The position numbers and the translations under genes were made by a program. The notes beneath the pieces are model-generated. The model searched no databases and had not been told where the DNA came from. It saw only the letters and a list, made by a program, of their open reading frames with translations. From contig JBIOJK010000001.1 in NCBI GenBank assembly GCA_044450765.1, forward strand, positions 36,092 to 100,091: a stretch of 64,000 bases of DNA, written 5' to 3'. The DNA is from Myxococcota bacterium (GTDB lineage Bacteria; Myxococcota_A; UBA9160; SZUA-336). Below are positions 36,817 through 45,708 of this stretch, piece after piece (position 1 is the first letter of the stretch; each line of letters starts with the position of its first letter).

Positions 36817-36878
36817 CGAAAACGCCCCTCCGGGAGATCCGGAGAGGCGTTTCGTGAAACTGCACTTGGCCTCTCCGG
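36817..36878. promoter_or_regulatory. GC-rich compound inverted repeat in divergent intergenic region
   Basis: CGAAAACGCCCCTCCGG-gagat-CCGGAGAGGCGTTTCG (about 15 matched bp, one bulge) and a third arm GCCTCTCCGG 20 nt downstream that is the perfect complement of CCGGAGAGGC, so alternative pairings are possible. Confidence 0.5.
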
Positions 36879-37036
36879 CTACACGAGACGAATCTCCGCG
36901 ACGAGCGCGACATACAGGTCCGCACTCGGCATGCGCATCTCGCGAGCGAGCGCGCGATCCACCGTGTGAGCCGGAGAAGACATCGCGCGCAGAATCTCGT
37001 GCGTCCCCCTGGTTGTCAAGCGTGCGGGCGCTGTGC

Positions 37037-38515
37037 ATGATCGCGCGAATGTTTTTCGGCGCCGAGTCTGTGCTGCGCTCGTTCGTCTCGACCAGGCCTG
37101 GCCACGCCGCGGCGGCCGCGATCGCGCTCGGCGCGCTCGCGTTCGCGCTCTTCGTCGGCCTGGGAAGCGCGCCGATCGGTCGGCTCAGCGAAGAGCGCTG
37201 CGTCTGGGTCGTGAAGCGCATGGTCGAGAACGGGCAGCTGCTCGTGCCGCGCTTTGCCGGCAAGGTGCGCTTGCAGAAGCCGCCGCTCTTCTACTGGGCG
37301 GGCGCGCTCGTCGCGAAGCGCTCGGGTGACACGGGTCCGTGGAGCGTGCGCGCGGTCTCGGCGGCGGCGGCGCTCGGGCTGGCCGCAGTCGTGCTCGCCT
37401 GGGGCAGCACGGTCGGAGGTCGCGGCGAAGGGCTCGTGGCGCTGGGCCTGCTCGCCGCGATGCAGCAGATCACGTCGTCGGGGCGGCGCGGCGATGCGGA
37501 GATGCTGCTCGCGTTCTTCTCAGCCGCGGCGCTCTTCTGCTTCGACCGGATCCACGCGGAGCGCAGGCGCGCGCTCCTGCCGCTGTTCGCGCTGCTCGCG
37601 GGTCTCGCGTTCCTCACCAAGGCGACCGCCGTCTTCATCACCATCGCGCTCCCCATCCTGGTGGCCCTGGCGCTTCAGCGCGAGCTCCGCTCGCTGCGCG
37701 CGCCGAGCGTGATCGCGACCTTCGCGGGCATCGCGGCGATCGGTGTCTCGTGGTACGTGGCGATCGTGGTGCTCGTGCCCGGCTCGGTCGAGTCACTGCG
37801 CGAGGTGCTGCTGCTTCCGCTCGGGAGTATCTCGGGGCACAGCGGCTCGACTCACTTCCGCCCGCCTTGGTGGTACCTCTCCGTGCTCCCCGGGCGAGCT
37901 GCGCCGGCCTCGCTGCTGCTGCCGCTCGTGGTCTGGCGGCTCTGGCGCACGCGCGTGCACCGCGGCGATCCGCACCGGCGCTTTGCGGCGCTCGCCTTCC
38001 TCGTGCCGTTCGCCGCGTTCTCGCTGCTGCCGCAGAAGCAGAAGCACTACACGCTCCCCATGTTGGCCGGGCTCGCGCTCTGCTCCGCGGACGCGGTGAT
38101 CGCGGCCGCACGCGAGCTCGCGCCGTACTTCCGCGCCGCCCTCCGCGCGCTGGGTGCGCCGCTCGCGCTCGCCGGTCTCGCCGCGACCTCGCTGCTCGCC
38201 CTCTTCTACCTGTGGGTCGAGGCTTTCCCGCTGGCCACCATCTTGGCGTGGTCGATCGTGCCGGTCGCGCTCTTCGTCTTCGGAGCGCTGGCGGCGCTCG
38301 CCGCGCGGCCCGCGAGCTTCGGCGCGAGCTGGCTGATCGGCTTCCTGTTGGCGGTCGGTCTGGCGCGCGGCATCGTCGAGCCGCGCATCGACTATCTGTC
38401 CTGGAACTTCGTCCACCTGCCCATCGACGATCGCGAGAGACTCCTCACCTTGAAGCGCGAGCACCCTTGGTTCGCGCGGATCGTGTTCGCAGTCAAGATG
38501 GAAGACAGCGGCTAG
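37037..38515 (+). CDS. glycosyltransferase family 39/ArnT-like polyprenyl-phosphate-sugar-dependent transferase
   Basis: 492 aa polytopic membrane protein; RMVENGQLLVPRFAGKVRLQKPPLFYW loop typical of the ArnT/PMT family. Confidence 0.7.
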   Translation: MIARMFFGAESVLRSFVSTRPGHAAAAAIALGALAFALFVGLGSAPIGRLSEERCVWVVKRMVENGQLLVPRFAGKVRLQKPPLFYWAGALVAKRSGDTGPWSVRAVSAAAALGLAAVVLAWGSTVGGRGEGLVALGLLAAMQQITSSGRRGDAEMLLAFFSAAALFCFDRIHAERRRALLPLFALLAGLAFLTKATAVFITIALPILVALALQRELRSLRAPSVIATFAGIAAIGVSWYVAIVVLVPGSVESLREVLLLPLGSISGHSGSTHFRPPWWYLSVLPGRAAPASLLLPLVVWRLWRTRVHRGDPHRRFAALAFLVPFAAFSLLPQKQKHYTLPMLAGLALCSADAVIAAARELAPYFRAALRALGAPLALAGLAATSLLALFYLWVEAFPLATILAWSIVPVALFVFGALAALAARPASFGASWLIGFLLAVGLARGIVEPRIDYLSWNFVHLPIDDRERLLTLKREHPWFARIVFAVKMEDSG

Positions 38516-39237
38516 GGCGTCTCGTCCCGCGCGCCGACGCGGATGGTCCGCTTCGAGAGCCAGTAGACCCCGGCGAGGTCGAACACCGTCCGGCGCAGGC
38601 GCGCCAAGTTGGTGTACTTCGAGCGGCCCGCGCGGCGCGCGCGGTGATTCACGTCGATCTCGCGCACCGAGAGGCCCTGGTAGCGGAAGAGCGCGGGCAG
38701 AAAGCGGTGCATGCCGTCGAAGCGCGGCAGCGCCAGGAACGCCTGCGTCGGGAACAGCTTGAGCGAACAGCCGGTGTCGGACGCGCCGTCGCCCAGCACG
38801 CTGCGCCGCACGGCGTTGGCCAGCCGCCCAGCCCAGCGACGCCAAACGGTGTCGCGCCGCTGCGCGCGCCGGCCGATCACGACGTCGCTCTCGCGCGCCA
38901 GCGCGACCACGCGCGGAACGTCGCGCGGGTCGTTCTGCAGATCGCCGTCCAGCGTCACCACGTGACTCTGTCGCGCGGCGCGCACCCCGGCGACGAGCGC
39001 CGCCGACTGTCCCTGATTCTTGTCGAGCGGCACGAGCCGGAACCCGCGGTGTGCTTCGAGCGCCTCGAGCACGCGCTTGCGCGTTCCGTCGCGGCTGCCG
39101 TCATCGACGAAGATCACCTCCCACGGCACGTCGAGCGCCGCGAGCGCCGCCGCGAACTCTTCCGCGAGCGGCCCGACGTTGTCCTCTTCGTCGTAGACCG
39201 GGACCACCACCGAGACTCCCGAGAGCGGCCGCGTCAT
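38512..39237 (-). CDS. glycosyltransferase family 2, polyprenyl-phosphate glycosyltransferase (ArnC/DPM-synthase-like)
   Basis: 241 aa from ATG 39237; VSVVVPVYDEEDN, FVDDGSRDGT, LDGDLQNDP (DXD) motifs. Confidence 0.8.
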   Translation of the reverse strand: MTRPLSGVSVVVPVYDEEDNVGPLAEEFAAALAALDVPWEVIFVDDGSRDGTRKRVLEALEAHRGFRLVPLDKNQGQSAALVAGVRAARQSHVVTLDGDLQNDPRDVPRVVALARESDVVIGRRAQRRDTVWRRWAGRLANAVRRSVLGDGASDTGCSLKLFPTQAFLALPRFDGMHRFLPALFRYQGLSVREIDVNHRARRAGRSKYTNLARLRRTVFDLAGVYWLSKRTIRVGARDETP

Positions 39238-39512
39238 GCGGGCTTGCGCCTGCCGAGCGCGAGATTCCGCGCGTACACCAGGAACCCCATCGACTGGCCC
39301 AGCGAGAAAACCAGGTCGCGACGCCAAACTGCGTAGGCCAGGAGCAGGATCGAGCCGACGATCGACAGGTACCAGAACGCCTCCGGCACCACGCTCCGCC
39401 CGGCGCGCTCCGACTCGATCCATTGCACCAGGAAGCGCAGCGAGAAGATCGCCTGTCCGGCGAACCCGACCAGGACCCAGGGATTGCGCAGGCTGTCGAG
39501 CAGCTCGTTCAT
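39234..39512 (-). CDS. small membrane protein with lipid-A-biosynthesis N-terminal (LAB_N, PF07578-like) domain
   Basis: 92 aa, 3 TM; GQAIFSLRFLVQWIESE...FWYLSIVGSILLLAYAVWRRD...YARNL pattern; stop overlaps GT2 start (ATGA). Confidence 0.6.
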   Translation of the reverse strand: MNELLDSLRNPWVLVGFAGQAIFSLRFLVQWIESERAGRSVVPEAFWYLSIVGSILLLAYAVWRRDLVFSLGQSMGFLVYARNLALGRRKPA

Positions 39513-39533
39513 TCTCCACCTCCGGCGGGCGGC

Positions 39534-40379
39534 TCAGGATAGACCACCGACCCTCACCCACCCGAGTGAGATGCTAATCCAGAGCAGCGCCGCGAGACCG
39601 ATCCGGTACCAACCGAACGGCTCGAGGCCGCGCCGGTTGAGAAACGCCACCAACCAGCGCACCGCCAGCGCGGCAGACACTGCGGCGACCGCGACCCCGA
39701 GCGCGGCCTGCCCTGCGCCGAGCCCTGCGATCGCGTCGTGCGCCTTCAGCAGTTTGTAGGCGCACGCGCCGCCGAGCGTGGGCAGACCGAGCAGGAACGA
39801 GAACTCGGCCGCCTCGCGCGGCCGCAGACCGACCAGGAGACCACCCGCGATCGCGACCATGGAGCGCGACGTGCCGGGCCAGAGCGAGGCGCACTGCATG
39901 GCGCCGATCAGGAGCGCGTGGCGCCACTCGAGCTGGTCGATCGTGCGCTCCGCGCGCGCGAGCACGCGGGCGCGCATGCGGTCGAGCGCGATCATGAACA
40001 CGCCGCCGAGCGCGAGCGCCGCGAGCACCGGCGCAGGGTGGAATAGCTTCGCCTCGATCCAATGGTCCAGAGGCAGACCGACGATTGCGGACGGCAGGAA
40101 CGCGACGATCAGATTCGCGAGCAGTCGCAGCCCGACCGGATCGCGGCCGACGGCGCCGCGCAGCAGGGCGACGACGCGCGGCCAGTAGAGCCCGACCACG
40201 GCGAGAATCGCCCCGCCCTGAATCACGACCGAGAACGCGTCGAGCGCGGGCTTCGAGTCCGCGCTGTCCAAGCCGAGCAGCGACTCGGCCAGGATCAAGT
40301 GCCCCGTCGAGCTGATCGGCAGATACTCGGTGATGCCCTCGACCAGGCCCAGAACGACGGCCTGCCAAGCCTCCAGCAT
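39534..40379 (-). CDS. uppP: undecaprenyl-diphosphate phosphatase
   Basis: 281 aa; BacA/UppP motifs VEGITEYLPISSTGHL and PGTSRSM. Confidence 0.85.
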   Translation of the reverse strand: MLEAWQAVVLGLVEGITEYLPISSTGHLILAESLLGLDSADSKPALDAFSVVIQGGAILAVVGLYWPRVVALLRGAVGRDPVGLRLLANLIVAFLPSAIVGLPLDHWIEAKLFHPAPVLAALALGGVFMIALDRMRARVLARAERTIDQLEWRHALLIGAMQCASLWPGTSRSMVAIAGGLLVGLRPREAAEFSFLLGLPTLGGACAYKLLKAHDAIAGLGAGQAALGVAVAAVSAALAVRWLVAFLNRRGLEPFGWYRIGLAALLWISISLGWVRVGGLS

Positions 40380-40440
40380 TTCAACTCCGCGGGGGAAGGC
40401 GCAGGTTATCGGAGCCCGCGGCGATGCGCCCGGATCGCTT

Positions 40441-41559
40441 TCAGTCGAGCCGCTTGCGGAAGCGAACCACCGCGAGCGCGAACGCGGCTGAGAAGAAGAT
40501 GAGAAGCGCCTCGAGATCTCCGCTCACGTCGCGCAGGGTCGCGCCCCGCAGGACGATCCCGCGCACGATCCTCAGGAAGTGAGTCAGCGGCAGGATCTCC
40601 GCAAACCAGCGCGCCGCGGCGGGCATGCCGTCGAACGGGAACATGAACCCCGACAGCAGGATCTGGGGCAGGAACGTGACGAACGCCATCTGGAACGCCT
40701 GGAACTGTGTCTGCGCGAGCGTCGAGATCAGCAGGCCCAGAGTGAGTGCCGCCGCTACGAACGTGCCCGCGCCCAGGTAGAGACTCAGCAGGCTGCCCGC
40801 GATCGGCACGTCGAAGAGGAGCCGGCCGAACGCCAGCACCAGGGTCATCTGCGCGTAGCCGATCGCGACGTACGGCGCGATCTTGCCGATCATGAGCTCC
40901 GGCGTCTGCACGGGCGTCGTGATCAGGAGCTCGAGGTTGCCGCGCTCGCGCTCGCCCACGATCGCCACCGCGGTGAACAAGACCAAGGTCAGCGTCAGGA
41001 TCACCCCGCAGAGCGCCGGCACGATGTGCACGGGCGAGCGCCGCTCGGGGTTGTAGTACGCGCGCAGCTCGAACGCCGGCGCCGACACCGCCGTGTGTTG
41101 CAGCACCGCGCCGCGCTGCGCGACCGGCAGCGAGACGAGTCCGCGGATCGCGGCCAGCACGACCGGGTCGCCGCCGTCGACGAGCAGCTGCGCGCTGGCG
41201 CGCTCGCCGCGCGCGCGCCGGCGCTCGAAGTCCTCGGGGATGGCGATGCCGACGGAGATCTGGCCGGAGACCAGCAGCTGCTCGAGCTCGGCCACGGAGC
41301 GCGCGCCCGCGACGACGTCGATCACCTGCGTGGCCTGCGCGTCGGCGACCAGCCAGCGCGCGCTCTGCGTGCCGGACAGATCGGCGACTCCGGCGCGCAG
41401 ATGGCGCACGTCTTGATTGATCGCGTAGCCGAACAAGAGGGTCATCATCAGCGGCACGCCGACGACCATTCCGCCGGTGAGTCGGTCGCGGCGCAGGTGC
41501 AGGAGCTCCTTGTGCGCGATCGCGAGCACCCGCGACAGCGAGGCGCGCCAGCCGGTCAT
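40441..41559 (-). CDS. ABC-2 type transporter permease (YbhS/YbhR-like)
   Basis: 372 aa from ATG 41559 (MTGWRAS); large N-terminal periplasmic domain then 5-6 TM; ATG overlaps ATPase stop (ATGA). Confidence 0.75.
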   Translation of the reverse strand: MTGWRASLSRVLAIAHKELLHLRRDRLTGGMVVGVPLMMTLLFGYAINQDVRHLRAGVADLSGTQSARWLVADAQATQVIDVVAGARSVAELEQLLVSGQISVGIAIPEDFERRRARGERASAQLLVDGGDPVVLAAIRGLVSLPVAQRGAVLQHTAVSAPAFELRAYYNPERRSPVHIVPALCGVILTLTLVLFTAVAIVGERERGNLELLITTPVQTPELMIGKIAPYVAIGYAQMTLVLAFGRLLFDVPIAGSLLSLYLGAGTFVAAALTLGLLISTLAQTQFQAFQMAFVTFLPQILLSGFMFPFDGMPAAARWFAEILPLTHFLRIVRGIVLRGATLRDVSGDLEALLIFFSAAFALAVVRFRKRLD

Positions 41560-42503
41560 TGCGCGCGCGCTGCCGCCGGCGCGCGCTGCGTCGCCGCGAC
41601 GAAGACGTCCTCGAGGCTCGCGCGCGCGGGCGCGACGCGCGCCTCGACCTGGGCCTCGCGCAGCGCGGCCGCCAGCCGCGCCGCGGGATCTGCGAGTGCC
41701 CGGTCGACGAGCGCGTGCAGGCGCGTGCCGAGCTGCGCCACGCTGTGCACCGAGGCGACGCGTTCCAGCACCGCGCGCGCCGCGCGCAGCTCGGCGCTCT
41801 CGACCTCGATCACCGCGGCGTCGATGTCGCGCATCAGTCGCTCCGGCGCGCCGCACGCGACGACCCGGCCGCGGTCGAGAATCGCGAGCTCGTGACAGCG
41901 CTCGGCCTCGTCCATGAAGTGAGTCGACACGAGGATCGTCGTGCCGCGCTCGACCAGCCGGTAGAGTGTCTCCCAGAAGTCGCGCCGGCTCTGCGGGTCG
42001 ACTGCGCTGGTCGGCTCGTCGAGGAACAAGAGCTCCGGCTCGTGCAGGGTGGCGCCCGCCAGCGCGAGCCGCTGGCGCTGTCCGCCCGACAGCGTTCCGG
42101 CGCGTTGCTCCGCGAGCTCGCGCAGGTGGAACTCGTCGAGCAAGGTCTCGATGCGCGCGCGCGCGGCACGCGCCGGGAGCGAGTAGATCTCGCCCAGGAA
42201 GCCGAGGTTCTCGCGGATCGAGAGGTCCTCGTAGAGCGAGAAGCGCTGCGTCATGTAGCCGAGCTTCCGGCGCAGCCGCTCCGCGTCGCGCGGAATCTCG
42301 AGGCCGAGCACGGTCACCTCGCCCGACGACGGCCGCAGCAGGCCGCACAGCATGCGGATCGTCGTCGACTTGCCCGAGCCGTTGGGACCCAGAAACCCGT
42401 AGATCGCCTGGCGCGGAATCTCGAGATCGACATGGTCGACCGCCACGAGCTTCCCGAAGCGGCGAGTGAGGCCCCGCGTGCGCAGCGCCGGCTCCGCGCT
42501 CAT
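41556..42503 (-). CDS. ABC transporter ATP-binding protein
   Basis: Walker A GPNGSGKST, signature LSGGQRQRLALAGA, Walker B LLFLDEPTSAVD. Confidence 0.85.
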   Translation of the reverse strand: MSAEPALRTRGLTRRFGKLVAVDHVDLEIPRQAIYGFLGPNGSGKSTTIRMLCGLLRPSSGEVTVLGLEIPRDAERLRRKLGYMTQRFSLYEDLSIRENLGFLGEIYSLPARAARARIETLLDEFHLRELAEQRAGTLSGGQRQRLALAGATLHEPELLFLDEPTSAVDPQSRRDFWETLYRLVERGTTILVSTHFMDEAERCHELAILDRGRVVACGAPERLMRDIDAAVIEVESAELRAARAVLERVASVHSVAQLGTRLHALVDRALADPAARLAAALREAQVEARVAPARASLEDVFVAATQRAPAAARAQ

Positions 42504-43471
42504 CGCGCGCTCGCGGCCAGGGGCTCGAGCTCAAAGCGCACCTCGACGGGCACCCCGGTCGGGAGGTCCTCGCTGCCGGCGCCCGTGATCTCCACCTCGG
42601 CGAGATACGCGAGCCGTCCGCGGTCGTACTGCGTGAGGGCGTAGTACGGGGTGAAGGCCGCATCGTGTGCCAGCTCGCGCACGCTGCCCGCGAGCTCGCC
42701 GTCGCGACCCGCCACCCGCACGCGCGCGTGCGTTCCGGTCGAGATGCGCGCGCGCACGGCCTCGGGCACGAACACGCGCGCGTAGGGCGGCGGCTCCGCC
42801 GCGAGCAGCACCGCGACGACCGCCCCGGCCTGCGGGCGTTCGCCGAGCTTGAAGGGCAGTGAGTCGACGCGCCCTGCGCGCGGCGCGCGCACCGTGAGTC
42901 GCTCGAAGCGCACCGAGACGTCCGAGAGCATCGCTTCCGCCGCCGCGAGGGCCCCGCGCGCCTGGTCGAGCTCCTCCGAGGTGGTGCCGCTCTCGAGCGC
43001 TTCGAGCGCCGCCCGCGCCTGGTCGCGGCCTGCGCTCGCTTCGTCGCGCCGGGCGCGCAATGAGTCGCGCTGCGCCGCCGACTCGAACGCCCTCCTCTCG
43101 AGCTCGCGCCCGCGCTCGTACTCGCTCTGCGCGTTCGCGAGAGTCGTCTCGGCACCCGCGAGGCGCGCACGCGCCTCGCGAATCCGCTCGGCGCGTGGTC
43201 CGCGCTCGAGCTCGGCGAGACGCGCGCGCAGCTGGTCGCGAGACGCGCGCGCGTGCGCCACCTGCGCAGCGATCCGGCGCTCGTCGAGCGACAGCAAGAG
43301 GTCTCCCGCCGCGACCAAATCGCCCTCGCGCACCTGCACGGCGACGATCGGCTCGTCCGATTCCGCGGTGAGCTCGATGCGGTCGCGTTCGAGCGTTCCG
43401 ACGGCCGGGATCGCGCCGGGATCGCGCCCGCACGCAGCGAGCAGACACAGAAGTGTGACGCGCGCCTTCAC
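42500..43471 (-). CDS. HlyD-family adaptor lipoprotein (YbhG-like)
   Basis: About 323 aa from GTG 43471; lipoprotein signal VTLLCLLAACG; long coiled-coil; GTG overlaps TetR stop (GTGA). Confidence 0.7.
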   Translation of the reverse strand: MKARVTLLCLLAACGRDPGAIPAVGTLERDRIELTAESDEPIVAVQVREGDLVAAGDLLLSLDERRIAAQVAHARASRDQLRARLAELERGPRAERIREARARLAGAETTLANAQSEYERGRELERRAFESAAQRDSLRARRDEASAGRDQARAALEALESGTTSEELDQARGALAAAEAMLSDVSVRFERLTVRAPRAGRVDSLPFKLGERPQAGAVVAVLLAAEPPPYARVFVPEAVRARISTGTHARVRVAGRDGELAGSVRELAHDAAFTPYYALTQYDRGRLAYLAEVEITGAGSEDLPTGVPVEVRFELEPLAASAR

Positions 43472-44181
43472 CGCGAGGCCTCGGCCCGCGGCCGCGCGCC
43501 GTCGAGGAACAGCCGCGCGGTGTGCGCCGCGAGGCGCTCCGCGAAGCGTTCGTCGAGCTCGTAGCCGAGCAGCTTGCCCAGCAGCGGGAAGGCCAGGAAC
43601 GGGAACAGCGTCGCGCCGACCAGCGCGAGCACGGTCAAGACCGGATCGACGTCGTCGCGCAGCGCGCCGGTCGCGACTTCCGCAGAGACCAGGCCCGGGA
43701 GCAGCGCCGCCGCCCGGCGCGCGAAGCGCTCGATGAAGCGGGCGCGCGCCGCGGGGTCCCCGGTGACGATCTCGCGCAGCAGCAGCGCCGGCAGCCACGG
43801 TTGGGCCGTCAGCGTCGCAGCGTACAGGCGCACGAACTGGACCAGCGGCGCGGTCGACTGCGCGGGCCCACGCGCGAGCTCGCGCACGCGCTCCAGCACG
43901 CCGTCGAAGACGCTGGCGAGCATCGCCTCGTACAGGCCCTGCTTGCCGCCGAAGTAGTACGAGATCATCCCGGGAGTCACTCCTGCGGCGCGCGAGAGCT
44001 CGCGGATGCCGACCTCGCCGAAGCCCCGTTCCGCGCACAAGTTGCGCGCGGCTTCGACCAGGCCGCGCTTCACGTCCTCCGCGTCCCGGCCCTGCGCCGG
44101 CCTGCCCGGCCGCCGAGCCCTCTTTCGCGCCGTCCCTTGTGCGATGTCCCCGAAATTAATCGATCGATCGATTAAATACAC
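43468..44181 (-). CDS. TetR family transcriptional regulator (CecR/YbiH-like position)
   Basis: HTH GFGEVGIRELSRAAGVTPGMISYYFGGK; N-terminal RPGRPAQG AT-hook-like extension; the ATG at 44181 would place a 20-bp AT-rich palindrome inside codons 2-8, so the true start may be downstream. Confidence 0.75.
   Translation of the reverse strand: MYLIDRSINFGDIAQGTARKRARRPGRPAQGRDAEDVKRGLVEAARNLCAERGFGEVGIRELSRAAGVTPGMISYYFGGKQGLYEAMLASVFDGVLERVRELARGPAQSTAPLVQFVRLYAATLTAQPWLPALLLREIVTGDPAARARFIERFARRAAALLPGLVSAEVATGALRDDVDPVLTVLALVGATLFPFLAFPLLGKLLGYELDERFAERLAAHTARLFLDGARPRAEASR
44156..44175. promoter_or_regulatory. perfect 20-bp AT-rich palindrome TTAATCGATCGATCGATTAA (candidate TetR operator)
   Basis: Read directly; self-complementary; 0% to 40% GC over its length in a 70% GC background; sits at the 5' end of the TetR gene heading the exporter operon. 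Confidence 0.6.
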
Positions 44182-44217
44182 GGGGTCGCCCGACTGGGCG
44201 GGCCGGAAGCGCCGGGC

Positions 44218-45708
44218 TCAGGTCCTGGCGCGCTTCACGAGCCCGGTGGTCGAGCGGCCCTCCACCAGCGGCACGAGCTCGACGCGACCGCCCCACTTGC
44301 GCACCAGGTCCCAGCCGACCACGGCGCGCTTGGTCTTGTAGTCGGCGCCCTTGGTGAGCACGTCGGGGCGCAGCGCGCGGATCAGGCCCAGCGGAGTGTC
44401 TTCGTCGAACAGCACGACGGCGTCGACACAGGAGAGCGACGCCAGGATCTGCGCGCGGTCGCTCTCGCTCTGCAGCGGCCGGCCCGGGCCCTTCAGCTTG
44501 CGCACCGACGCATCGGTGTTGACGCCGACGACCAGCGCGTCGCCGAGCTTCCGCGAGGCCTCCAGGTAGCGGACGTGGCCGAGGTGCAGGATGTCGAAGC
44601 AGCCGTTCGTGAAGACGACCGACCTGCCCTGCCCGCGGAGCTCTTCAGTGAGTCGCGCCGCGCCGTCGCGGGTCATGACTCGCCCCGCCGCGGGCTCGGT
44701 CACTCCTCCCAGCGCCGTCAGGATCTCCTGGCCGGTGACGGTCGAGGCGCCGAACTTGCCGACCTTGACGCCCGCGGCGACGTTCGCGAGCCAAGCGGCT
44801 TCGCCAGGCTCGGCTCCCGCCGCGAGCGCGAGCGAGACCGCCGCCGCAACCACATCGCCCGCGCCCGTCTCGTCGACGAGCTCGCGCGCGCGCGCCGCGA
44901 TGCCGAGCGCCGCGCTCGAGCCGCGACTCGCCAGCACCATGCCGTCGGGGCCGCGGGTGAGCAGCACGTGCGCGACGCCCAGGTCGTCGGCGATCCGTGC
45001 CGCCACTCGCTTCGCGCTCGCCTCGTCCTCGATCGGCGCGTCCGCGAAGATCTCCGCCGCCCGCCGGTTCGGCTTCAACACCGTCGCGCCGCTGAACGCC
45101 TTCCACGGGAGATTCTTGGGGTCGACCAGGACCGGGCGCGCGCCGGCGGCCGCGAACACGGCGCGACACACGGCCGCCGACAGCACTCCCTTCGAGTAGT
45201 CCGAGAGCACGACGGCGTCGGCTCGCTTCACGGCGCGCGCGACCGCGGCGCACAGGCGCTTCTCGAGCGCGGGCGAGAGCGGTGCCACCGTCTCGCGGTC
45301 GAGCCGGATGACTTGCTGCTGGCGCGCGACGATGCGGGTCTTGCGCGTCGTGCGGCGGCCGCGGTCGATCAGGATTCCGGTCACCGGCACTCCGAGACTC
45401 TGGGCCTCGCTGCGGAAGAGCTCGCCGTCCGCGTCCTCGCCGACGACGGTGCACAGCGTCGGACGCGCGCCGAGCGCGACGAGACACTTGGCGACGTTGG
45501 CCGCACCGCCGAGCAGGACGTCCTCGCGCTCGACCGCGAGCACCGGAACGGGCGCCTCGGGGGAAATGCGCTCGACCTCGCCCGCCACGTACGCGTCGAG
45601 CGCGGAGTCACCGACCACCAGCACGCGCCGGCCGACCATGGCGCCGAGCAGCTCACCGACACGCGCGGGTGTCGGCTCGCGGAAGTCTTCCTGGGCGCGG
45701 GTCTTCAC
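44218..45708 (-). CDS. hldE: bifunctional D-glycero-beta-D-manno-heptose-7-phosphate kinase / heptose-1-phosphate adenylyltransferase
   Basis: 496 aa; N-terminal pfkB sugar kinase (GDSALDAY, DTTGAGD-like TGAGDVVAAA) and C-terminal cytidylyltransferase HxGH (NGCFDILHLGHVRYL). Confidence 0.85.
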   Translation of the reverse strand: MKTRAQEDFREPTPARVGELLGAMVGRRVLVVGDSALDAYVAGEVERISPEAPVPVLAVEREDVLLGGAANVAKCLVALGARPTLCTVVGEDADGELFRSEAQSLGVPVTGILIDRGRRTTRKTRIVARQQQVIRLDRETVAPLSPALEKRLCAAVARAVKRADAVVLSDYSKGVLSAAVCRAVFAAAGARPVLVDPKNLPWKAFSGATVLKPNRRAAEIFADAPIEDEASAKRVAARIADDLGVAHVLLTRGPDGMVLASRGSSAALGIAARARELVDETGAGDVVAAAVSLALAAGAEPGEAAWLANVAAGVKVGKFGASTVTGQEILTALGGVTEPAAGRVMTRDGAARLTEELRGQGRSVVFTNGCFDILHLGHVRYLEASRKLGDALVVGVNTDASVRKLKGPGRPLQSESDRAQILASLSCVDAVVLFDEDTPLGLIRALRPDVLTKGADYKTKRAVVGWDLVRKWGGRVELVPLVEGRSTTGLVKRART

